Assembly (NCBI GenBank): GCA_049581565.1
Contig: JBAUSF010000098.1
Location: 1 to 45,665, forward strand
Direction of reading: 5' to 3'
Length of the DNA stretch: 45,665 bases
From: Acidimicrobiales bacterium
GTDB taxonomy: Bacteria; Actinomycetota; Acidimicrobiia; Acidimicrobiales; RAAP-2
Shown here: piece by piece, positions 29,568 to 39,689 of the stretch
Layout of the letters: every line of letters starts with the position of its first letter
How positions within the stretch are numbered: position 1 is the stretch's first letter
Notes under the pieces: model-generated
The model's input: the letters and a program-made list of their open reading frames with translations, nothing else
What the model was told of the DNA's origin: nothing
Database searches by the model: none
Made by a program: the position numbers and the translations under genes

Positions 29568-30274
29568 ACGAGCTGCGCCTCGTGGCCCTCGCCTCGAGCG
29601 CGAAGGTCCAGCGCGGCGACGATCTCGCCGCGCTCGTGCTCGTGGCGTTGAGTGACGCGAACGAGGAGCTCCGCCACCACGACCTCGTCGTCGTGACGAG
29701 CAAGGTCGTCTCCAAATCAGAAGGTCGAGTGGTCGAGTACGACGGCACCGACGAGCACAAGGTGGCGATCGTTGAGGCCGAGGCGACACGCATCCTTCGT
29801 CGACGAGGGACGCTGCGCATCACCGAAACGCGTCACGGATTCATCAATGCGAACGCGGGCGTCGATCTCTCCAACACCGACGACGGCACGGCGGTCCTGC
29901 TGCCCAAAGATCCAGACCTCTCGGCGAGGCGTCTTCGTGCGGTCATCGGACAACGCACCGGCGTCGATGTCGCGGTTGTCGTTACCGACACGTTCGGGCG
30001 CGTGTGGCGCCGCGGCGTGACCGACGTGGCGCTCGGTTCGGCCGGACTGAAGCCGGTCTTGGATCTGCGCGGCACGTACGACACCAACGGTCGGCTCCTC
30101 GAAGCGACCGAGGTCGCCATCATCGACGAAATTGCCGGGGCCGCGAACCTGGTGCTGCACAAGGCCGCCGGAACACCCTTCGCTCTCGTGAGAGGCCTCG
30201 ACGAGTCGTTCTTTGGCGTCGGCTCGGTGCGCGAAGACGTCGTTCGGCTGAAGAACGACGACCTCTTTCGCTAG
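29564..30274 (+). CDS. cofE: Coenzyme F420-0:L-glutamate ligase (single-domain CofE)
   Basis: VTSKVVSKSEGR, ANAGVDLSN, LLPKDPD.SA, TDTFGR.WR.G, DEIAGAA; ATGA overlap with cofD. Confidence 0.95.
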   Translation: MNELRLVALASSAKVQRGDDLAALVLVALSDANEELRHHDLVVVTSKVVSKSEGRVVEYDGTDEHKVAIVEAEATRILRRRGTLRITETRHGFINANAGVDLSNTDDGTAVLLPKDPDLSARRLRAVIGQRTGVDVAVVVTDTFGRVWRRGVTDVALGSAGLKPVLDLRGTYDTNGRLLEATEVAIIDEIAGAANLVLHKAAGTPFALVRGLDESFFGVGSVREDVVRLKNDDLFR

Positions 30275-31300
30275 TTAGACGCCGCCAAGTCGCACGTCGC
30301 CCGAGAGCTGCGAATCCGCGGCCACGTGCTCTTTGGCGCCGACCACGCACGTCGGGCCGAGAATCGACCCCGAACCAATGATGGCTTCGGGCCCGATGAT
30401 CGACGAGCGAATCTCGCAGCCACCCTGGACGATGGCACCGGGTAGCAGGACCGAGTCTTCGAGCACGACGTCGGCGCCCACGACGCACCCGGCGTCGACG
30501 ACCGTGTTGATGATCGTCGCCGACGCGTCGATCGTCGAGGACGCCGAGCGCCACGAACCATCAATGATCTCAGTGAACTCGTGCTGCGAGTTGCGCCCCT
30601 TCAAGATGTCGACGTTTGCCTGCAGGTACAGCTGCGGGGTACCCGTGTCGAGCCAGTAGGCGTGGTCCGCCATCGCAAAGAGTGTGCCCGCCGCGGCCAG
30701 CGCCGGAAAGGTCTCACGCTCGACGCTGACGCGACCTTCGGCAGCGATTCGCTCGAGAGCACGCGGCTCAAACACGTACGTGCCGGCGTTGATCAGATTG
30801 GTCGGCGCTTCGCCGGGCGGCGGTTTCTCGACAAAGGCAATCACGCGACCGTCGATACCCGTCGGTACGACACCGAAGTGGGAGGGTTCCTCGACAGGAT
30901 GCAGCGCGATCGTCACTTCGGCGCCTCGCTCGCGATGGAACTCGAGGAGCGAAGTCACGTCGAGGTCGGTCAGCACGTCGCCATTGACGACGAGGAACGT
31001 CTCATCAACCTTGGCGAGGCTCGCCGCGTATCGAATGGCGCCGGCCGTGTCGAGAGGTTCGGGCTCGACCGCGTACGCCACGCGAACGCCCGAGATCAGG
31101 TTCGACGGGTAAGCCTCGGTGAACCGGTCGGGTAGATAGCCGAGCGAGAGAACTGCGTCAGTCACGCCGTGGCGTCCGAGCGCTTCTAGCACGCACTCGA
31201 TCATCGGCACGCCGACCAGCGGCAGCATCTGCTTGGGCGTTTCGTACGTGAGGGGACGAAGTCTCGTACCCTTCCCCCCTACCAGAATGATGGCTTGCAA
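30275..31300 (-). CDS. manC: NDP-sugar pyrophosphorylase, probably mannose-1-phosphate guanylyltransferase
   Basis: AIILVGGKGTRLRPLT..PKQMLP, EPLDTAGAI, NGDVL, FVEKP, INAGTY, WLDTGTP and C-terminal hexapeptide repeats; start moved to TTG 31300. Confidence 0.85.
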   Translation of the reverse strand: MQAIILVGGKGTRLRPLTYETPKQMLPLVGVPMIECVLEALGRHGVTDAVLSLGYLPDRFTEAYPSNLISGVRVAYAVEPEPLDTAGAIRYAASLAKVDETFLVVNGDVLTDLDVTSLLEFHRERGAEVTIALHPVEEPSHFGVVPTGIDGRVIAFVEKPPPGEAPTNLINAGTYVFEPRALERIAAEGRVSVERETFPALAAAGTLFAMADHAYWLDTGTPQLYLQANVDILKGRNSQHEFTEIIDGSWRSASSTIDASATIINTVVDAGCVVGADVVLEDSVLLPGAIVQGGCEIRSSIIGPEAIIGSGSILGPTCVVGAKEHVAADSQLSGDVRLGGV

Positions 31301-31301
31301 C

Positions 31302-32111
31302 TCAGCCCTTGGTAGTCGTCGTCGTGCCCGAGGTCGTCGTGGTCGTCGTGCCCGACGTAGTCGTCGTCGTAGTCGCCGGACCAACCGTGGTCGTCGTGGC
31401 GGGACTCGTGGTCGTTGTTGTCGCACTCGTCGTCGCGTCGAGCACCATCGCGTCGACCGTCTTCGCACTCGGCGCGTTCGGAGTCACCCCTGGCGGATCG
31501 AAGGCCAGGGTGAAGCGCAGGTCCTTCACGAACTTGATGGACCCCGGGTTGGTCGTGAGCGTGGGTTTCTTCTGATCGAACGAGGTCCAGTAGGCGTAGA
31601 CGACCTTGCCCTTCTCGCCCGCGTACTTGGTCTTAGGACCACACACATCGCCGTTCTTGAACGTCGTCGCCGGGTTCGCCACGCCGGTCGGCTTCGGTAT
31701 TGCGAGCTCCGACTTGGTCGCAAGGAGTCCCGGGAACTCGATCGCGAAGGTCTTCACGGTCGCGTTGTTGCCGGCGTCCGCGCTCGACACCGGCGAGACC
31801 TTGATCACGTCGTCGCTCCCAACGATAAATCCGCCCTTGTAGGTCGGATCTGCGGTGAGGTAGGGCAGCGTGACACCACAGTCCTGAATGGACATCGCGG
31901 CAAACCGCGTCGTGCCGATCGCCGGCTGGATCACGACTTTCTTGGTCGGGTGCTGGTACTCGTAACGTGAAAAGACGACGAGGGCGAGCCCTAGCACGAC
32001 GATGAGCACGATGACCGCGTAGAAGCTGCTCGGACGAGCTTTGCTGTACGTTTTGCCGCCGCCGGCCGCGCCGACGCGACTGACCCATTTGCCTGAGGTG
32101 CTTTTAGCCAC
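31302..32111 (-). CDS. Single-pass membrane protein with extracytoplasmic domain and Thr-rich C-terminal tail
   Basis: Basic N-terminus, one TM, two Cys, tail ATTTTTSPATTTTVGPATTTTTTSGTTTTTTSGTTTTTKG; stop 1 nt from the manC start. Confidence 0.8.
   Translation of the reverse strand: MAKSTSGKWVSRVGAAGGGKTYSKARPSSFYAVIVLIVVLGLALVVFSRYEYQHPTKKVVIQPAIGTTRFAAMSIQDCGVTLPYLTADPTYKGGFIVGSDDVIKVSPVSSADAGNNATVKTFAIEFPGLLATKSELAIPKPTGVANPATTFKNGDVCGPKTKYAGEKGKVVYAYWTSFDQKKPTLTTNPGSIKFVKDLRFTLAFDPPGVTPNAPSAKTVDAMVLDATTSATTTTTSPATTTTVGPATTTTTTSGTTTTTTSGTTTTTKG
31311..31436 (-). repeat. Imperfect (ACN)n / ~24-nt tandem repeat encoding poly-Thr blocks
   Basis: Plus strand shows gtcgtcgtgcccga units about 24 nt apart within runs of gtc/gtg. 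Confidence 0.85.
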
Positions 32112-32151
32112 CCTACAACGCTACTAAAGAATTCAACTGGTCCACGCTGTG

Positions 32152-32225
32152 TAGGGGCGAAGGGACTCGAACCCTCACTGGAGGCGGTTTAAGCGCCCTG
32201 CCTCTGCCAATTGGGCTACGCCCCC
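32152..32225 (-). tRNA. tRNA-Leu(UAA), 74 nt, short variable loop, CCA not encoded
   Basis: GGGGGCG TA GCCC AATTGGCAG AGGC A GGGCG CTTAAAC CGCCT CCAGT GAGGG TTCGAGT CCCTT CGCCCCT A: full cloverleaf, anticodon TAA, discriminator A. Confidence 0.95.
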
Positions 32226-32306
32226 GACGCAGCGTCATCGCGTTGTAACGCTAATCCAAATTCTCAAACGCCCTGTTTTCTTATGTGGGCTCACTAGGCT
32301 TGAAAC
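32226..32306. promoter_or_regulatory. AT-rich divergent promoter region, tRNA-Leu / NlpC-P60
   Basis: TAGGCT at 32295-32300 lies 6 nt before ATG 32307; TAGCGT on the minus strand upstream of the tRNA. Confidence 0.5.
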
Positions 32307-33476
32307 ATGTTGCGCGTGCGTCGTCGGAGCACGATTCGAAGTTTCGCTCTCGTGCTTTTGGCCACGTTGAGCATCTCGTGGCTCGTTCTGCCTGCGATGG
32401 CGGGGGCAGGTTCGATCGCTCAAACGCAAAAGGCGATCGCCGACCTCTCGGCCGCCCTCAACCGTCAAGAGCAGCGCAGCGAGATCTCGGCCAACGAGTA
32501 CGACGCGGACGAGGCGAACCTCGCCGCGATCAACGCCAGCATCGTGACACTGAAGGCCCAAGAGGTGAAGAAACGAGCTCAGATCAAGGTCACGATGAAC
32601 AAGCTCGTGCACGACGTTGTGCGCGCCTTCGTGCTCGGCGCATCGAATACTCAGATCTCGGCGCTCTTCAATCAGAACGTCTCGCAAAGTGACGCTCGCA
32701 CCGTCTACCAAAATGAAGTCATCGGCAACCTCAATGTGCTGAAGGCCCAGCTACAACGAGAGAAGCGATCGCTGATACTGACCGTGGCGAAGGTGGCGAA
32801 CCAACGTAAGAAGGCCGAGAACGCCGCGTACAACATGAAGGCGCTGCTCGAGGCAAACGTCGAGCTGGAAAACCAGACGCAGGCGACGCTTTCGACCGTG
32901 AAGGGGAAGCTCAAGATCGAGATCATCAACTACGAGATCCAAGCGGGCATCAGCGCGGCGAAGCAGCACGACACCGCGGCCGAAGAGAAGGCCATCACGG
33001 CGGCGTCGGCGGTCGGTGGTCAGAACGCCGCAAACCAGGTGATCGAAGCGATCCAGCAGGCGAGCGCCACGGTGACGATCGCCGAAGTCGGCAGTTCCGC
33101 TCAAGGTCTCGCCGCCGTCAGGAACGCCGAGCGTGAGATCGGTGTCCCCTACGTCTGGGGCGGCGAGACCCCCGGCGTCGGCTTTGACTGCTCGGGGCTC
33201 GTCCAGTGGGCCTGGGCGCAAACGGGCATCTCGATCCCTCGCACCACCGAGTCGCAGTGGCCCTCGCTGCTGCACGTGGCCCTCACCGATCTTCAGCCTG
33301 GTGACCTCCTCTTTTACTACAACCTTGACGGCGACAGCGAAGTCGATCACGTCGTGATGTACGTGGGCTCTGGTCCCTGGGGCGTCGACACCACGATCGC
33401 CGCGCCCTACACCGGTACCGACGTCTCGCTCGCTCCGCTCTTCACCTCTGGGCTCATCGGCGCCGCCCGTCCCTAA
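32307..33476 (+). CDS. Secreted coiled-coil NlpC/P60 peptidoglycan endopeptidase
   Basis: Signal peptide, long coiled coil, GVPYVWGG, FDCSGL, LQPGDLLF, HVVMYVG. Confidence 0.92.
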   Translation: MLRVRRRSTIRSFALVLLATLSISWLVLPAMAGAGSIAQTQKAIADLSAALNRQEQRSEISANEYDADEANLAAINASIVTLKAQEVKKRAQIKVTMNKLVHDVVRAFVLGASNTQISALFNQNVSQSDARTVYQNEVIGNLNVLKAQLQREKRSLILTVAKVANQRKKAENAAYNMKALLEANVELENQTQATLSTVKGKLKIEIINYEIQAGISAAKQHDTAAEEKAITAASAVGGQNAANQVIEAIQQASATVTIAEVGSSAQGLAAVRNAEREIGVPYVWGGETPGVGFDCSGLVQWAWAQTGISIPRTTESQWPSLLHVALTDLQPGDLLFYYNLDGDSEVDHVVMYVGSGPWGVDTTIAAPYTGTDVSLAPLFTSGLIGAARP

Positions 33477-33477
33477 C

Positions 33478-34410
33478 GTGACCGTCGAACTTTCCCTCAT
33501 CATTCCGGCCTACAACGAGCGCGAACGCCTAGCCGCGGGCTACGCGCGCCTCGCCGTGCTCCTTGAGAGCTTCGACCCGTCGACGCTTGAGGTCATCGTC
33601 GTCGACGACGGCTCGACCGACGACACGATGAAGCGCGCCCACGACGTCTACGGGCACCTCGAGCACGCGCGCTTCGTCCAACAGCCCGCCAACTTCGGCA
33701 AAGGAGCGGCGCTGCGCCTTGGGATCTCGCTCGCGACCGGCGCCAACGTGATCACCGCCGACGCCGACATGGCGATCGACCCCGCGCAGTTCCCGCTGTT
33801 CATCACCGCCCTTCGCGACAGCGACTTCGTGCCGGGATCACGAGCCGTCGCCGGCCGCATCAACTACGACTCGTACCTGCGCACGCTGAGCGGCTCGTTC
33901 TTTCACGCGGTCGTGCGTCACTACACCCACACATCCGTGCGTGATACACAGTGCGGCTGCAAGGCACTGCGCCTCGGACCGGCGCGGGTCTTGGCGAACC
34001 TCGCGATGATCGACCGTTTCGCCTTTGACGTGGAACTGTTCTACCTCGCCGACCAACTAGGACTCAAGGTGAAGCCGCTCCTCGTGACGTGGCAGGACGT
34101 GACTGGCTCCTCGGTGCACCCCGCGAGGGTCGCACGCAACATGATCAGCGACATTCGCGAGATTCCCAAGACCACCTACGCGACGCTCGCCGTAGAACTG
34201 GCGCCCGACGTGTCCGCCGAGAGTATCGTCCCGCTGGCGCGAGACGCCCGAGTTCATGGGCTCGTCCTTGCGCGCGGCGGAGACAACGCGCTGCTCGTCG
34301 TCGGTCGCGACGGGGGTCTCGGCGGCGTCGGCATCGCTGCCGCGCTCGGCGGGTCGCTTCGTCCGACGACGATCTCGGAACTACGCGGACGTCGCTTCGA
34401 AGCCGTCTAG
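33478..34410 (+). CDS. GT2, polyprenyl/dolichyl-phosphate glycosyltransferase-like (DPG/DPM synthase-like), with C-terminal extension
   Basis: IIPAYNE, VDDGSTD, NFGKGAA, ADAD, GSR, DTQCGCK, FAFDVE. Confidence 0.85.
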   Translation: MTVELSLIIPAYNERERLAAGYARLAVLLESFDPSTLEVIVVDDGSTDDTMKRAHDVYGHLEHARFVQQPANFGKGAALRLGISLATGANVITADADMAIDPAQFPLFITALRDSDFVPGSRAVAGRINYDSYLRTLSGSFFHAVVRHYTHTSVRDTQCGCKALRLGPARVLANLAMIDRFAFDVELFYLADQLGLKVKPLLVTWQDVTGSSVHPARVARNMISDIREIPKTTYATLAVELAPDVSAESIVPLARDARVHGLVLARGGDNALLVVGRDGGLGGVGIAAALGGSLRPTTISELRGRRFEAV

Positions 34411-34458
34411 CAACGTGGTGGGAAGCGACTCCCAGATAGCGAAGGCTTTCGAGCCCTT

Positions 34459-35088
34459 CTAGTCTCGTCGCGGCAAGAGCCAGTTCGTCACGAGCTCTGG
34501 TGCGCGGTCGCTCCACTCTTCGGCCGTGATCGCGTAGCGCGCGTGGTCCTCCCAGGCGCCGTCAATCTCGAGGTAGCGCTCGGAGATGCCCTCAAAGCGC
34601 AGGGCGAGCTTCTCGACCACCCGACGAGAGGCCGCGTTGCGCGGGATGATGTTGATCTCGACGCGGTGCAGTCGAAGCGACTCGAAGGCGTACTGGAGCA
34701 TCGTGACGACCGCCTCGGGCATGAGACCTTGCCCCGCCACGGCCTCGTCGATCCAGTAGCCGATGTAGGCCGACTGGAGCGGACCGCGCTGGATCGAAGA
34801 AAGGGTGATCTCTCCGACGAAACGCCCATCGACGAAGATGCCAAAGCCAAATCCCGTTCCTATCTGACGCTCGCGCTCCCTGATCGCACAGCGGCTCACG
34901 AAGCTTCGATGGTCTTCGGCGAGATGAGCAGCGTGCGCCGAACGCGGCTCCCACTTGAGCAGCCAGTCGTGGCAGCGGGCGCGCACCTCGTGCCAGGCGT
35001 CATAGTCCTGGTCGGTCATCGTGCGCAGCACGACCCGACGCCCGTGCAGCGTGATGGGCGAATACACCGCGCTTCGAGTCGTCACCAT
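34459..35088 (-). CDS. GNAT acetyltransferase, RimJ/RimL-like
   Basis: IQRGPLQSAYIGYWID, GQGLMPEA, LHRVEINIIPRNAASRRVVEKL, YLEIDGAWEDH. Confidence 0.9.
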   Translation of the reverse strand: MVTTRSAVYSPITLHGRRVVLRTMTDQDYDAWHEVRARCHDWLLKWEPRSAHAAHLAEDHRSFVSRCAIRERERQIGTGFGFGIFVDGRFVGEITLSSIQRGPLQSAYIGYWIDEAVAGQGLMPEAVVTMLQYAFESLRLHRVEINIIPRNAASRRVVEKLALRFEGISERYLEIDGAWEDHARYAITAEEWSDRAPELVTNWLLPRRD

Positions 35089-35119
35089 GATCGAGGCCTC
35101 ACTCCTCTATCGTTACAGG

Positions 35120-36058
35120 TCACCCTAACGGGCGCAAAGAGCGCACCACCGACGTGACAATTCCGTCCAGAATGTCGCTCTCGGAGCTGACGAGCCACTC
35201 GGTGCCAAAGCGCTCCATCACCGCGTCGAGCACGTAGAGCCCGGCCACCAGCACGTCTTCTCGCCCGACGACCATGCCGGGATGCTCGAGCCGCTCGGCG
35301 GGCGCTTCGCCGGCGAGGATGTCACGCCAGTGCTGCACCGTCCCTCGAGAGAGCACTCGGTGGTGGACGACGGCTCGGTCGTAGCGGGTGAGCCCGGCGT
35401 CCAGCTGAGCGAGCGTTGCGACAGTTCCCGCGAGCCCCACGAGGCGCGCGCAACCGACGACTCGAGCGAACTCGGGCTGAGCGAGGAAGGCGAGGTCGAG
35501 CTGCTCGTCGATCATGCGGCGAGCGGCCGCCTCGCTCGCGGGTGTGACGACTCCTCGTCCGAGGGCCCGCTCGGTGACTCGAACACAGCCGAGTTGCATG
35601 GAGTAGCTGATGAGGCGACCATCGAGTTCGACCGCGAGCTCCGTCGATCCTCCGCCAATGTCGACGATCATTGTCGCGGCGTCGGCCGGTTCCAGGTCGC
35701 CGACCGCCCCGGCGTAGGAGAGCGCCGCCTCTTCGTTCCCTTCGAGGACGCGCGCCTCAACGCGACAGATCTCGTGGGCCGTGGCAAGAAACTGCGCGCC
35801 GTTGGTGGCGTCTCTCACCGCAGAGGTCGCCACGAGCAGCCCCCGAGTGACACCGAACCCATCGCAGTCGCGGCGATACGTGTGTAGGACGTCGAAGGTT
35901 CTCTCCATCGCGTCCGGTCGAAGGGAACCCGACGCGTCAACGCCCTCGCTGAGGCGCGTGATGTTCATCTCGCGGGCGAGCGTCCCGCCCGACGAGTCGG
36001 CGACGAGCAGTCGCGTCGAGTTGCTTCCGCAGTCGAAGGCGGCGACCGCCTCAGGCAC
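35120..36058 (-). CDS. ppx: Ppx/GppA-family exopolyphosphatase
   Basis: DCGSNSTRLL, ATSAVRDA.N, EEA.LSY.G, DIGGGSTE, SESDILDG; follows DUF501. Confidence 0.92.
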   Translation of the reverse strand: MPEAVAAFDCGSNSTRLLVADSSGGTLAREMNITRLSEGVDASGSLRPDAMERTFDVLHTYRRDCDGFGVTRGLLVATSAVRDATNGAQFLATAHEICRVEARVLEGNEEAALSYAGAVGDLEPADAATMIVDIGGGSTELAVELDGRLISYSMQLGCVRVTERALGRGVVTPASEAAARRMIDEQLDLAFLAQPEFARVVGCARLVGLAGTVATLAQLDAGLTRYDRAVVHHRVLSRGTVQHWRDILAGEAPAERLEHPGMVVGREDVLVAGLYVLDAVMERFGTEWLVSSESDILDGIVTSVVRSLRPLG

Positions 36059-36529
36059 GAACGTCTTCGATCACGAACGACTCCACGTCGAGCGCGGCGG
36101 CGACGAGCTCGCCAACGGGGTCATCGGCCCCGGCGAGATAGTTGGCCAGATGGGCGTGGAGGCACTTCACGCCGACCCGGGTGCCCCCGACCCCGCCCGT
36201 TGCACGGACGAGCTTCTTCTGTACCGTCGCCGCGTCGCGTCGCCTCGCGTACTCCTCGTGCGCGCGCGCCAGATCGGCCGGATCCACGAGCTCTTCGAAG
36301 CGGTGGACTCCCCCATCGCTTTCGAGTCGGCTGACAGCGTCGTGCAGTTCGGGGTCAACGAGCCAGAAAAGCGTGGGCATCGGCGTGCCGTCGCGCAGGT
36401 GCGGCTCGTTCTCGATGACGATCGGACGCCCGTCCTTGTCGCGTACCGCTACCGCGAAGCGTCCGGCGAGTGGGCGACCAACGAGCGATTCAACGAGCGC
36501 TTCGTCGTCGGGCGACGCGTCCCTGAATG

Positions 36530-36533
<4 letters not shown>
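36051..36533 (-). CDS. DUF501 family protein
   Basis: DGTPMPTLFWL, SRLES.GG, GVGG....VKCLHAHLA. Confidence 0.9.
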
Positions 36534-38306
<1,773 letters not shown>

Positions 38307-39689
38307 CTAAACCCGTCCCTCGCTCGCGCGAATCTCTTCACGCAACGTCGCCGAACGTTCACGCAACACTCCCTCGAGATCGACACCCGCAGAGTGAGCG
38401 GCGGCCACGAGTGCGCTCACTGCGTCGCCCCACGCGTCGTCGACGTTCGACGACGACTCGGCGTCACCGACGGACTCGCTCTTAAGGGGCAGCGACGCGA
38501 TCGCCGTCAGCGCACGTTGACGTGCCGTCTCTCCCGATTCGACGGCGGCGTCAACAAGAGCCGCCTTGCGCAGCAGCTTCGTGTAGAGCGTCAGGGCGGG
38601 CAGCTGCCAGGCGATGCCGTCGACGACGCTCTCTCGACCCTTTTCGTCTCGCTTAAGTACCTCCCAACGCGACGCAACTTCCTCCGCGCCACTCACCGTC
38701 ACGTCGCCAAAGACGTGCGGGTGGCGCCCGATGAGCTTGTCGCGCACCCCGTCAGCGATGGTGGCAAGCGTGAAATTGCCTTCCTCGTCGCCGAGCTCGG
38801 CGTGAAAGACAATCTGAAAGAGCAGATCGCCGAGCTCCTCTTCAACGTGGTCGATGAGCGCATCGTCGACCTCGCCACGAGCGGCGGCCCGATCGAAGGC
38901 CTCCAGTGCGTCGATCGTCTCGTACGCCTCTTCGAGGAGGTGGCGGGTCAGCGAGGCGTGCGTTTGCTCTTGGTCCCACGGGCACTCCGCACGCAGGCGC
39001 TTCATGAAGTCGACCAAGTCGCTCATCGCTTCGCCCGCGTCGCGCAGTCCATCTACCCAGAGCGACGTCAGATGATCGGCGTCGGCGAAGGTGACGAGCT
39101 GGCCCGCGGGAATCGTCGTTACGACTTGATCGTCGAGGCCGAGGTGGTGCAGTACCGTCACCTCACACTCATCGGGCAATCGATCGGCGACGCTCGCGAG
39201 CACTTCTGGCGAGTAGGCCTGGAGTATCAGCAGAGGCCCGGGACCACGAAGATCACTGGTCGAGGCGAGCGCGTCGACGACGCGAAGGCCCGAAGCCATC
39301 GGGTCGCGCCCGAGGACCGCGCACGCGAGGTCGATCACCGACACGGCGGGCTCGAGCACCGTCGTGACGTCTTCTCGCTCGCGCAGCAGCTCGACGGTGC
39401 GCTCGGCGACGGTGGGCGAACCCGGCACGACGTAGAGCGCCTCGCGGCCAGGCGCGTGGCTCGCGAGCGCTGCCAGGTCGTCCACAATGGCGCGATAGAG
39501 ATCGTCGAAGGACTCCGCGCGCTCGTAGAACTCGTCATAGCTCTCGACGTCCATGAAGTGGGCGGCGCTCGGGTGCACCCGGGTTCTCATTCGCACGACG
39601 GGTGAGTCGCGAATCAGCTGGATGGTCCGCTGCGTTACGTCACCAAAGTCGCCAGGCCCGAGTCCGACGACGCGTACGACCGCTCTCAC
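38307..39689 (-). CDS. mazG: MazG nucleoside-triphosphate pyrophosphohydrolase with N-terminal tetrapyrrole-methylase-like domain (YabN architecture)
   Basis: VVGLGPG and YVVPGSP.VAE N-domain; CPWDQEQTH, EEAYE, EELGDLLFQ, KLIGRHPHVF. Confidence 0.9.
   Translation of the reverse strand: MRAVVRVVGLGPGDFGDVTQRTIQLIRDSPVVRMRTRVHPSAAHFMDVESYDEFYERAESFDDLYRAIVDDLAALASHAPGREALYVVPGSPTVAERTVELLREREDVTTVLEPAVSVIDLACAVLGRDPMASGLRVVDALASTSDLRGPGPLLILQAYSPEVLASVADRLPDECEVTVLHHLGLDDQVVTTIPAGQLVTFADADHLTSLWVDGLRDAGEAMSDLVDFMKRLRAECPWDQEQTHASLTRHLLEEAYETIDALEAFDRAAARGEVDDALIDHVEEELGDLLFQIVFHAELGDEEGNFTLATIADGVRDKLIGRHPHVFGDVTVSGAEEVASRWEVLKRDEKGRESVVDGIAWQLPALTLYTKLLRKAALVDAAVESGETARQRALTAIASLPLKSESVGDAESSSNVDDAWGDAVSALVAAAHSAGVDLEGVLRERSATLREEIRASEGRV

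Noticed and set aside
31305..31440. Repetitive stretch as CRISPR or non-coding repeat
   Set aside because: Trinucleotide-periodic, no unique spacers, explained by Thr codons; no cas genes.
32100..32306. tRNA as an integration site of a genomic island
   Set aside because: No integrase and no duplicated tRNA 3' end seen; the GGGCTACGC match near 45432 is only 9 nt.
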